DNA from: Ylistrum balloti
Lineage: Eukaryota
Assembly: GCF_031769215.1 (NCBI RefSeq)
Contig: NW_026782804.1
Location: forward strand, 124,001 to 188,000
Direction: 5' to 3'
DNA length: 64,000 bases
Made by a program: the position numbers and the translations under genes. The notes beneath the pieces were generated by a model. The model searched no databases, was not told the origin of the DNA, and worked only from the letters and a program-made list of their open reading frames with translations. This document shows positions 34,871 to 48,000 of the stretch, in pieces (the stretch's first letter is position 1; the number at the start of each line of letters is the position of its first letter).

Positions 34871-35310
34871 GGCAAACCAACAAGTATCAAACAAACGAAT
34901 ATCATACAAACAAGTATCAAACCAACGAGTATCAAACAAACGAATATCATACAAACAAGTATCAAACCAACGAGTATCAAACAAACGAATATCATACAAA
35001 CAAGTATCAAACCAACGAGTATCAAACAAACGAATATCATACAAACAAGTATCAAACCAACGAGTATCAAACAAACGAATATCATACAAACGAGTATCAA
35101 ACCAACGAGTATCAAACAAACGAATATCATACAAACAAGTATCAAACCAACGAGTATCAAACAAACGAATATCATACAAACGAGTATCAAACCAACGAGT
35201 ATCAAACAAACGAATATCATACAAACGAACGTCAAACAAACGAGCCTCACACAAACGAATATCATACAAACGAACGTCAAACAAACGAGCCTCACACAAA
35301 CGAGTATCAA
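34870..35310. repeat. 15-bp minisatellite with a 45-bp higher-order unit (AACCAACGAGTATCA / AACAAACGAATATCA / TACAAACAAGTATCA)
   Basis: Regular three-monomer pattern. Confidence 0.96.
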
Positions 35311-36268
35311 GCACGTCCAGAGTTAGGACATCGTAGCATCATACTTATATCCAGCAATTAACCACTAATTTCAACAAATTTTATCGATTTTTTCTATGGC
35401 ATCAGGAACAGCCATCTAAGTCTTTAACAACAACTTTACTGTAATATTGTCAGAAAACGGACAGAAAATTCAATAGTCATCTCGAAACCAATGGCAACAT
35501 AAACTCTACAGTAAGACAATGAGAACATCAGAAACAAACTTTAACAACACAGCGTCAGGTAATACCAGCTGTCTACACATAGCATAGCTGCTGATCACAT
35601 ATCTCATTTAAATAAAAATGTTCCTCTTTTAAACCTCATAATTACAAAAAACATGGTTCAACATATCAATAATGATTCATATTCGTGTTTGAACCATTAA
35701 ATGATCAAATGTTACTTGGTATTTTTGATGCAGTACTGTCTGAAAAAAAATTACCCCGCATACGCCCCATATTCTTTAAATTGGCAAGCGAAAAAGGACC
35801 TGATACTCAGTCAGAGGAAAACGAACACTGTCAGAACGTCATTTTCAATGAAAGCGTCAGGCAAACCATAAAGTAGGGACATTATTTGATACAAATTGCC
35901 AGGAGAAAACGAAATAACACCACACTGAGGAAAGTTTATTTACGTCATATCTAAGATGTGACTAAGGTCCACTGCATCCGATTGTAGACAAGTTTAAAAG
36001 TTGTCAAGAATGATTGTGTTTTCGCGTCAGCAGGAGTAGAAATATTTAAATCACAACATTGGAGCAAAACGAGACATTAAAAGGCATTGGAACAACAGAG
36101 GAGACATTTAATAAAAGAGAGAAGAACATTAAATATAGAACTTCGAAGAAACCACATACCAATTATGCAATCTTACCTTTTGATGAAGCACACAGCCATA
36201 TCTAAAGTCTCTCTAACTCTAACTATGAAGGTCAATATGAAGTTTTTTTTGTCTCTGATTGGTTATTT

Positions 36269-36482
36269 TTTGTATTGTTTCTAATTGGAAAGACCCTGAA
36301 GTTGATATACTTGTATTGTTTCTAATTGGAAAGACCCTGAAGTTGATATACTTGTATTGTTTCTAATTGGAAAGACCCTGAAGTTGATATACTTGTATTG
36401 TTTCTAATTGGAAAGACCCTGAAGTTGATATATTTGTATTGTTTCTAATTGGAAAGACCCTGAAGTTGATATACTTGTATTG
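36269..36482. repeat. 41-bp minisatellite TTGTATTGTTTCTAATTGGAAAGACCCTGAAGTTGATATAC
   Basis: 5 copies. Confidence 0.95.
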
Positions 36483-37065
36483 CCGTCGTCCACGGCCGTA
36501 ATGTGTCGATGCCTCCTAACATTTCTATAGTTGACGTGTGTGTTACTACAGGGATTTTTGAAAGATGACAGGTTAGTACCTACAGTTCCTTCAGACGCTC
36601 TGTTGATTGTGTGTGTGTGTGTGTTTGTACGTCCCCTTTTCTGATTTTGTTCCTTAAATGAGTTATCAAGGTGAAGATGAATTCTGGTTTAAAAATAAAG
36701 TAATTCCTACAAGGTTGGTGAAGCATGCCATCGCTTCATTGCCTGTTTAGGAAGCTTTAAAATTAGTGAACAGCAATTTTATTGGGCGGTTTGAGCAAAG
36801 TACAAATTTCATGAAGAAAAACAAAAAGTGTTTTCTTACATAACACGTGATTACATAAAGCATGTTGTGAGGAGGAAATATCAGGTGGGTGGTGTTTCCA
36901 CGTAAGAAGAACCAATGAACAGGCAGGAGTGTCCTATTTGATGTACGGGACAGACTTCTGTGTGACGGTGGTACGCAGGGTGGCGTTATCTGGCCCCGTT
37001 ATTTACAGACTGATATCAATGAGCATTGTCGAGGAATTTACTGCCTTTAATTAACGTGTAACATG

Positions 37066-37073
37066 TATATAAG
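37066..37073 (+). promoter_or_regulatory. Possible TATA box of the ADAMTS gene
   Basis: TATATAAG about 150 bp upstream of the ATG, with CCAAT at 36912; position only, no transcript data. Confidence 0.3.
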
Positions 37074-37224
37074 GCCATCGGGCCTCTTATAACTGTAGAA
37101 TATTAGCCTAATACATTAAAGAATCATCAACGATGCAAGTCTCCAACCAGATCTAAACACGATCTGCAGTGATTCCAGCCAACAGCGGATACTTCCACAG
37201 TATATTTTCGTTTTCGGGACAAAT

Positions 37225-37284
37225 ATGAAGGGTTTGCAATTGGTTTTTGTGGTGATGATTCTGAATTTAGCAGATGCTAATCAG
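37225..37284 (+). CDS. ADAMTS exon 1: signal peptide [20 protein letters not shown]
   Basis: ATG at 37225, hydrophobic core, donor CAG|GTAAGA, phase 0 matching the next exon. Confidence 0.75.
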
Positions 37285-40200
37285 GTAAGAAAACAATTGC
37301 CTAAATGAAGCAGCATAAATACAAATAAATACTTATACGTTAACCTCTTCGACGAATTTCAATATCTATAAAGATGACAGCTAAGTCGACATTTTGATCG
37401 TACAGAGTGAAAACTGATTTGTCTCTAATAATTTACCAGCTGCTTTATATGTGACCACATCTCTTCTATTGTAGAACCGTGACATTTTTTTTTTCTGTAT
37501 AACAATGTCTACTCACTATGTGTTGTCGATAAAGTAAAAACGCCTTATCCTTCCGGAACACTGCGTGTTTTCGAATTTCTCATTGTTTGTTTTATAGTTG
37601 ATTTTTTAAAAGTATAATAAGGCAGCTTACACATCGGCGATTCTTCCTTTGCTTTGTACTCAATATCTGATCTTTCTGAAGATATACAGAACCCTTTTCC
37701 TGTCCTTATCCTAACACCGCGCAGTGTTTTTGACAATTATATAAAGTTGGTTGGTCTCTGTTTATAGCGATTCCGATATATCGTTAGAGTAACTTCATGG
37801 TTACCTGTCACTTTAGGTAGCGATATCATTTTAAATTTACTTTTTGATAATCTTTACCCGTCCAACATTTATTTTCCATAATTCTCAGGTTAATTTTCAT
37901 TTGACTTTGTTTTGTCATATTTGATGTTTTCCATTGAATCAATTCTTTAATTAAAAATTCTAATCTTTACTTGTCTTATTTCGGAGGTTTAAGCGCATTT
38001 TTGTTTACAACTTGTCAGTATCATTTATAGTGGAACAACTGTTTCTCTCAGATTGTTGGATTATTTCAAATAAGGAAAATAACAACGCGAATAGTAATAC
38101 AATATCAAAAGAGCTAAGGAATAACTAATATGAAATATTACCAAATAGATTTAATATTACATGGCATTTTCTATACTATCACATAAAAAAATATCGTATT
38201 AGACTAGAAGGTTGGTATCTAACTATATTCCAATCTGATTTCCTCCTTTTGGGTGAAAAGTACTAGATTTATTAAATCAATATTTTTGTATGAATCAGAT
38301 ATATTTTCTGTTACTATGTATATTACTCGCTTGTTTGTATCTGTTACTAAGTTGCTACGTAAGGATGTTGCTAGCTTTTTCTATCTGTTACTAAGTTCCT
38401 ACATAAGAATATTACTAACTTGTTTGTATATGTTACTAAGATGCTACCTAAGTGTGTTACTTGCTTGTTTGTATATGTTACTAAGTTCCTTCATAAGAAT
38501 ATTACTAACTTGTTTGTATATGTTACTAAGTTGCTATGTTAGGATATTACTCGATTGTTCGTAACTGTTACTAAGTTCCTACAGAAGAATATTACTAACT
38601 TGTTTGTATATGTTACTAAGTTGCTATGTTAGGATATTACTCGATTGTTCGTAGCTGTTACTAAGTTCCTACAAAAGAATGTTTTTTTATGAATCAGATG
38701 CATTTTCTGTTACTATGTATATTACTCGCTTGTTTGTATCTGTTACTAAGTTGCTACGTAAGGATGTTACTCGCCTGTTTGTATCTGTTACTAAGTTTCT
38801 ACATAAGAATGTTTTTCGCTTGTTTGTATCTGTTACTAAGTTGCTACCTAAGTGTGTTACTCGCTTGTTTGTATCGGTTACTAAGTTGCTACTTAAGTGT
38901 GTTACTCGCTTGTTTGTATCTGTTACTAAGTTGCTACCTTAGTGTGTTACTAGCTTGTTTGTATAGGTTACTAAGTTGCTACCTAGTTGTGTGTTACTCG
39001 CTTGTTTGTATCTGTTACTAAGTTGCTACCTAAGTGTGTTACTAGCTTGTTTGTATCTGTTACTAAGTTGCTACCTAAGTGTGTTACTCGTTTGTTTGTA
39101 TGGGTTACTAAATTGCTACCTAAGTGTGTTACTCGCTTGTTTGTATCGGTTACTAAGTTGCTACCTAAGTGTGTTACTCGCTTGTTTGTATCTGTTACTA
39201 AGTTGCTACCTAAGTGTTACTCGCTTGTTTGTATCTGTTACTAAGTTGCTACCTAAGTGTGTTACTAGCTTGTTTGTATCTGTTACTAAGTTGCTACCTA
39301 AGTGTGTTACTCGCTTGTTTGTATCTGTTACTAAGTTGCTACCTAAGTGTGTTACTCAGTTGTTTGTATCTGTTACTAAATTGCTACCTTAGTGTGTTAC
39401 TCGCCTGATTGTATCTGTTACTAAGTTGCTACCTAAGTGTGTTTCTCGCTTGTTTGTATCTGTTACTAAGATGCTACCTAAGTGTTACTCGCTTGTTTGT
39501 ATCTGTTACTAAGTTGCTACCTAGTTGTGTGTTACTCGCTTGTTTGTATCTGTTACTAAGTTGCTACCTAAGTGTTACTAGCTTGTTTGTATCTGTTACT
39601 AAGATGCTACCTAAGTGTTACTCACTTGTTTGTATCTGTTACTAAGATGCTACCTAAGTGTTACTCGCTTGTTTGTATCTGTTACTAAGTTGCTACCTAA
39701 GTGTTACTCGCTTGTTTGTATCTGTTACTAAGATGCTACCTAAGTGTTACTCACTTGTTTGTATCTGTTACTAAGATGCTACCTAAGTGTGTTATTCGCT
39801 TGTTTGTATCTGTTACTAAGATGCTACCTAAGTGTTACTCACTTGTTTGTATCTGTTACTAAGATGCTACCTAAGTGTGTTATTCGCTTGTTTGTATCTG
39901 TTACTAAGATGCTACCTAAGTGTGTTATTCGCTTGTTTGTATCTGTTACTAAGATGCTACCTAAGTGTGTTATTCGCTTGTTTGTATCTGTTACTAAGAT
40001 GCTACCTAAGTGTTACTCACTTGTTTGTATCTGTTACTAAGATGCTACCTAAGTGTGTTATTCGCTTGTTTGTATCTGTTACTAAGATGCTACCTAAGTG
40101 TGTTATTCGCTTGTTTGTATCTGTTACTAAGTTGCTACCTAAGTGTGTTATTCGCTTGTTTGTATCTGCTATTTGATCAATTCCTGTAATCAATCACGGT

Positions 40201-42000
40201 TTATTGTTTTTTGTCTCTTTATGGTTATGATCTTAACTCTTGCTTTGTAAAATTGATAACCTATTTTTGACTTATAATAGAAACCATAGCTACCTATGTA
40301 ATGCCAGTTACTGCTTGTGACGTAGATAGTACATAATGCCAGGTACTGCTTGTGACGTAGACAGTACACAATGTCAGTAACTGTGTTGTGACGTAGACAG
40401 TACATAATATCAGTTACTGTTTGTGACGTAGACAGTACATAATGTCAGTTACTGTGTTGTGACGTAGACAGTACATAATGTCAGTTACTGTGTTGTGACG
40501 TAGACAGTACATAATGTCAGTTACTGTGTTGTGACGTAGACAATACATAATGCCAGTTACTGTGTTGTGACGTAGACAGTACATAATGTCAGTTACTGTG
40601 TTGTGACGTAGACAGTACATAATGTCTGTTACTGTGTTGTGACGTAGACAGTACATAATATCAGTTACTGTGTTGTGACGTAGACAGTACATCATGTCAG
40701 TTACTGTGTTGTGACGTAGACAGTACATAATGCCAGTTACTGTTTGTGACTTAGACAGTACATAATGTCTGTTACTGTGTTGTGACGTAGACAGTACATA
40801 ATGTCAGTTACTGTTTGTGACGTAGACAGTACATAATGCCAGTTACTGTTTGTGACGTAGACAGTACATAATGTCAGTTACTGTGTTGTGACGTAGACAG
40901 TACATAATGTCGGTTACTGTGTTGTGACGTAGACAGTACATAATGTCAATTACTGTTTGTGACGTAGACAGTACATAATGCCAGTTACTGTGTTGTGACG
41001 TAGACAGTACATAATATCAGTTACTGTTTGTGACGTAGACAGTACATAATGTCAGTTACTGTGTTGTGACGTAGACAGTACATAATGTCAGTTACTGTGT
41101 TGTGACGTAGACAGTACATAATATCAGTTACTGTGTTGTGACGTAGACAGTACATAATATCAGTTACTGTTTGTGACGTAGACAGTACATCATGTCAGTT
41201 AATGTGTTGTGACGTAGACAGTACATAATGTCAGTTCCTGTTTGTGACGTAGACAGTACATAATGTCTGTTACTATGTTGTGACGTAGACAGTACATAAT
41301 GCCAGTTACTGTGATGTGACGTAGACAGTACATAATGCCAGTTACTGTTTGTGACGTAGACAGTACATAATATCAGTTACTGTGTTGTGACGTAGACAGT
41401 ACATAATGCCAGTTACTGTTTGTGACGTAGACAGTACATAATATCAGTTACTGTGTTGTGACGTAGACAGTACATAATATCAGTTACTGTTTGTGACGTA
41501 GACAGTACATAATGCCAGCTACTGTTTGTGACGTAGACAGTACATAATGTCAGTTACTGTTTGTGACGTAGACAGTACATAATGCCAGTTACTGTTTGTG
41601 ACGTAGACAGTACATAATGTCAGTTACTGTGTTGTGAAATACCCCTTAGTAGAACTATCCATTTCAGTAGTAGCACAGTTCACAATATACATGCATTTGT
41701 CGTTCTTTGAAATAATTCTGTATCAAGAATATTCAAATTAATTGAATTTTAAATCTTAGATATTGGGTTAATGCACCTGCCTATCTGGTTTTTGCCATTT
41801 ATTTTGAACAGTATGACTTTGCCTCTGTGACCATTTGTAACAATTTATGGCCTTAGTATCACTGACAAGTCCTAGAAAGAGTACATAGCTATACAATGTA
41901 GCTTTAAGTATCAGGAAGAGTGAGAAAAAATGACTTCCCTTAGACAAGTAACATTAATGTTTATTTCATGAGTATACATTCACATTGTAGCTCACTATGA

Positions 42001-42051
<51 letters not shown>

Positions 42052-45000
42052 CATCCGGAAATAGGCATCCCGACTCGGTGTAGCAAAGCTAGTAAAACAA
42101 GTCGACATGTGTGAGCTTTCAGACAAATAAGGTATCAATTAGTGAATAAATACAAGCGTGTTGGCCGCGTATACAACGACATCCCTGCCTGGAATCAGAT
42201 TTCTTGTTTATGATAAGGGTAAAATTACAACACTGGATATAGAATATACATTTTTATTTTATTATAGATGAAAATGTGCTTATTTTGATATAAACATGAA
42301 ATTTACTTTCTTTGTCCAGTTTTAGTCATTGTTGGATTGAGGTCGGAGTTGGGACATTTTTTAAGCAATTCGATATATTGAATGCTAATGCTTGGGAGGG
42401 CGACTACATGTGTCCCCCTTATTGACTGACTAATGCTTTTCAGACAGGGAGTCTTCTGGAGAGTGAAATTAACACGTGATTTCTTTATGGTTGTAAATTT
42501 TAGATGTTTGTTAGGAAGAGAGATGCACGAGTATAACAACTCTTTTGTTCGTTTTTCATCTTTCAAATTTGACAATGATAAAATCTAGCCTTGTACATAT
42601 ATTTGTAGACATGTGTAATTTAAACAATGTCGTTCCCTTTGCTCTGTCATGTTGTGAGATAAATACTGTTTATATGTATATATCAACACTGCTTAAAATT
42701 GGAAATAAATAGATCGAATAAAACAATAGCGGCAACGTTGTTGAAATGGACACCTGGGTGGACCATCCCTGCACGTCCACGGAAGAAATGTTGGCGTGAA
42801 AGAGTACAAATGTCTCTCGTCCTTAACCTCAGTACATATATCACAGGACTCAGGTGATTAAATCAGAGCACATCAAAAGCCAGCGTCACTCAATAAGAGA
42901 AAGTCGAGTTTACTTATACTGGCTAAGTCAACATTTGTTCGGCGGTGGTGACAAGAGGACGGGTGGTATGTGGATTCCGACCTAATTAGTATGTCATAGT
43001 GAGGTCCGTGGGCTGCTCCTGGGTGATGACAGAGTAGACAAGAATACAGACAGGACACTATACTACCCGATCTTATTTAACTGTCAAAAGAGACATTTTT
43101 ACGACAAGTAAATCACCTTCTAACTTTTCAGCTTATCGAGGAGTACTTTAATTTTGAATCTTACATCTTACCCCGTGTCTCATGTACTCATTATAGAAAG
43201 TAGCGCATTGTGATGCTTTTCGGCAATGTAAAACCACGTTTCCTTGTACCATTCTTTGAACCATGGCCCTATACCGTCGAAACATGATTGCACACACCTG
43301 TAACGTTCCTATGAGATCGTCTACATAAATGACCACACGAATCAGCTACGCTTGTAGCAATCTCGTGAGATGTTCAAACACGAGATCGCCACCCACGAGA
43401 TTGTCAACCACGAGATTGTCAACCACGAGATCGCCCACAACGAGATTATCAACCACGAGATCGCCCACAACGAGATTATCAACCAAGAGGTTGCCAACCA
43501 CGATATTGACAACCAAGAGATCGCCAACCACGAGATTGACAACCAAGAGATCGCCCGCCACGAGCTTATCAACCACGAGATCGCCCACAACGAGATTATC
43601 AACCAAGAGGTCGCCAACTACGAGATTGTCAACCATGAGATTTGCAACCACGAGATTTTCTACCACGATATCGCAGATCATGAGTTGATCCATGAATTTA
43701 ACGATCTTACAACATCATTTACGTACAAAACAACAACAGAAAATCTTCATGATTTTATCACCACTCTGTCCTATTTTTATCGATGTAGAATGATGATTTT
43801 ATCACCACCCTGTCCTAGTTCTATCGATGTAGAATCCTGATTTTATCACCACCCTGTCCTAGTTCTATCGATGTAGAATGATGATTTTATCACCACCCTG
43901 TCCTAGTTCTATCGTTGTAGAATCCTGATTTTATCACCACCCTGTCCTAGTTCTATCGATGTAGAATCCTGATTTTATCACCACCCTGTCCTAGTTCTAT
44001 CGTTGTAGAATCCTGATTTTATCACCACCCTGTCCTAGTTCTATCGTTGTAGAATGATGATTTTATCACCACCCTGTCCTAGTTCTATCGTTGTAGAATG
44101 ATGATTTTATCACCACCCTGTCCTAGTTCTATCGTTGTAGAATCCTGATTTTATCACCACCCTGTCCTAGATCTATCGTTGTAGAATCCTGATTTTATCA
44201 CCACCCTGTCCTAGATCTTTCGTTGTAGAATCCTGATTTTATCACCACCCTGTCCTAGTTCTATCGTTGTAGAATGATGATTTTATCACCACCCTGTCCT
44301 AGTTCTATCGTTGTAGAATCCTGATTTTATCACCACCCTGTCCTAGTTCTATCGTTGTAGAATCCTGATTTTATCACCACCCTGTCCTAGTTCTATCGTT
44401 GTAGAATCCTGATTTTATCACCACCCTGTCCTAGTTCTATCGTTGTAGAATGATGATTTTATCACCACCCTGTCCTAGTTCTATCGTTGTAGAATCCTGA
44501 TTTTATCACCACCCTGTCCTAGTTCTATCGTTGTAGAATCCTGATTTTTTCACCACCCTGTCCTAGTTCTATCGTTGTAGAATCCTGATTTTATCACCAC
44601 CCTGTCCTAGTTCTATCGTTGTAGAATCCTGATTTTATCACCACCCTGTCCTAGTTCTATCGTTGTAGATGCCGGTATGTTATTGTTGTATTAGAATGAT
44701 TTCCTTGGTTTTTATCCTCAGTTTCACGAGGGCCTTTCTGAAGAACATCTGTCACATTACTTTGGAACAAAAGCTGAACATGAAGGTAATTATGTTTAAT
44801 CTTATCTCAGAATACGTTCTTAATCTGATGTCAGTATCATAACACCAGGTATAACAGTATTTGAAAGAAGAAATTTTAATTTTTCATTAATTTAGTAAAG
44901 AGCAAAACATTTTTTATTTTCCATTCTAAATCCATGTCCGTTTTATTTACTGGTTCATTTCCTGTGACTAAACGCGTTTTAAAATGAGCCAATCTCTTTC

Positions 45001-48000
45001 TAGAATATGTTTTACCTGTTTTTCTGTGAGTTGATGGCTACTCTTTATATCACATTTGTAATAATGTATTACGAAGGTCAAAGGAAACTAAACTCAACAA
45101 CAGGGATTGGAGATAAGTCATTCATGTAGTGGTAGTAATGTACCGAGTCATTATCACCCATGGACTTTGTATTAAGCTTTAAAGCTATATATAAATATAA
45201 GATGGAAATCAATTGCAAAGAAATGAAAAAGATATTTCTCACAAAACGATTTAGGTACAATAAAATGTCCTTTCAGACAAACTGGTTTTCTTTGCAATTT
45301 GCAAACTTTCCACTTCAAAGACACATAACTTTTGCAAAGTAGACACTTATTTGCAACCAGACTGGTTTTGTGAGATGTATGGTAAACGAGTTATATTCGG
45401 ATAGAGAGGATAAACACTGCTGTGCGAACTGCCGTACACGAGATTTATCGTAACCATGTATGACATTACAGAATTAATTCACTTTTCCATCTATATCTTA
45501 ACATTACAGGGTTAGTACACTTCTCTATCTATATCTAAACATTGCAGGATTGGTACACTTTTCTATCTATATCTAAACATTACAGGGTTAGTACACTTCT
45601 CTATCTATATCTAAACATTACAGGGTTAGCACACTCCTGTATCTATATCTAAACATTACAGGGTTAGTACACTTCCCTATCTATATCTAAACATTACAGG
45701 GTTAATACACTTCTCTATCTATATCTAAACATTACAGGGTTAGTACACTTCTCTATCTATATCTAAACATTACTGGGCTAATACACTTCTCCATCTATAT
45801 CTAAACATTACTGGGCTAATACACTTCTCCATCTATATCTTAACATTACAGGGTTAGTACACTTCTCTATCTATATCTAAACAATACAGGGTTAGTACAC
45901 TTCTCTATCTATATCTAAACATTACAGGGCTAATACACTTCTCCATCTATATCTAAACATTACAGGGTTAGTACACTTCTCTATCTATATCTAAACATTA
46001 CAGGGTTAGTACACTTCCTATCTATATCTAAACATTACAGGGCTAATACACTTCTCCATCTATATCTAAACATTACAGGGTTAGTACACTCCTGTATCTA
46101 TATCTAAACATTACAGGGTTAGTACACTTCCCTGTTTATATCTAAACAATACAGGGTTAGTACACTTCTCTGTCTATATCTAAACATTACAGGGCTAATA
46201 CACTTCTCCATCTATATCTAAACATTACAGGGTTAGTACACTCCTGTATCTATATCTAAACATTAAAGGGTTAGTACACTTCCCTATCTATATCTAAACA
46301 TTACAGGTTTAGTACACTTCTATATCTATCTCTAAACATTACAGGGTTAATTAACCTCTTTATCTATATTTTAACATTTCAGAGTTAGTACACCTCTCGA
46401 TCCATATCTTAACATTGCCGGGAAAGTACACTTTGCAATCTGTACCTAGACATTGTGGGGATAGTACAATTCGAAATCTGTACCTAGACATTGTGGGGAT
46501 AGTACACTTCGCAACCTAAACATTTAGGGGATAGTACACTTTGCAATCTGTACCTAGACATTATAGGGATAGTACACTTTGCAATCTGTACCTGTACATT
46601 GTCGGGATAGTACACTTTGCAATATGTACCTGGACATTGTGGGGATAGTCCACTTTGCAATCTTTACCTGGACATTATAGGGATAGTACACTTTGCAATC
46701 TTTACCTGGACATTGTGGGGATAGTACACTTTGCAATTTATACCTGAACATTATAGGGATAGTCTACTTTGCAAAATGTACCTTGACATTATAGGGATAG
46801 TACACTTCGAAATCTCTACCTTGACATTATAGGGATAGTACACTTTGCAATCTGTGCCTGGGCATTGTCGGGATTGTACACTTCGCAATCTGTACCTGGA
46901 CATTGTGGGGATAGTACACTTTGCAATCTTTACCTGGACATTGTCGGGATAGTACACTTTGCAATTTATACCTGGACATTATAGGGATAGTACACTTTGC
47001 AATCTGTACCTGTACATTGTCGGGATAGTAAACTTTGCAATCTGTACCTGTACATTATAGGGATAGTCCACTTTGCAATCTTTACCTGGACATTATTGGG
47101 ATAGTCCACTTTGCAATCTTTACCTGGACATTGTGGGGATAGTACACTTTGCAATTTATACCTGAACATTATAGGGATAGTCCACTTTGCACTCTGTAAC
47201 TGGACATTATAGGGACAGTACACTTTGCAATCTGTACCTAGACATTATAGGGATAGTACACTTTGCAATCTGTAACTGGACATTATAGGGATAGTACACT
47301 TTGCAATCTGTAACTGGACATTATAGGGATAGTCCACTTTGCACTCTGTAACTGGACATTATAGGGATATCACACTTTGCACTCTGTAACTGGACATTAT
47401 AGGGATAGTACACTTTATAATCTGTACTTGGACATTGTGGGGATAGTACACTTTGCAATCTGTACCTGGACATTTTAAGGATAGTACACTTTGCAAAATG
47501 TACCTTGACATTATAGGGATAGTACACTTTGCAATCTGTACCTGGGCATTGTCGGGATAGTACACTTCGCAATCTGTACCTGGACATTGTGGGGATAGTA
47601 CACTTTGCAATCTGTACCTGGACATTGTGGGGATAGCAGACTTTGCAATCTGTACCTGGACATTATAGGGATATGACACTTTGCACTCTGTAACGGGACA
47701 TTATAGGGATAGTACACTTTGCACTCTGTAACTGGACATTATAGGGATAGCACACTTCACAATCTGTACCAGGACATTATAGGGATATGACACTTTGCAC
47801 TCTGTAACTGGACATTATAGGGATAGTACACTTTGCACTCTGTAACTGGACATTATAGGGACAGTACACTTTGCAATCTGTACCTAGACATTATAGGGAT
47901 AGTACACTTTCCAATCTGTACCTGGACATTATAGGGATAGTACACTTTGCACTCTGTAACTGGACATTGTGGGGATAGTATACTTTGCAATTTATACCTG

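Noticed and set aside
42060-42575. Possible DIRS/retroelement remnant (W...MCPP) and a 90-aa minus-strand ORF
   Set aside because: Too degraded to assign by eye.
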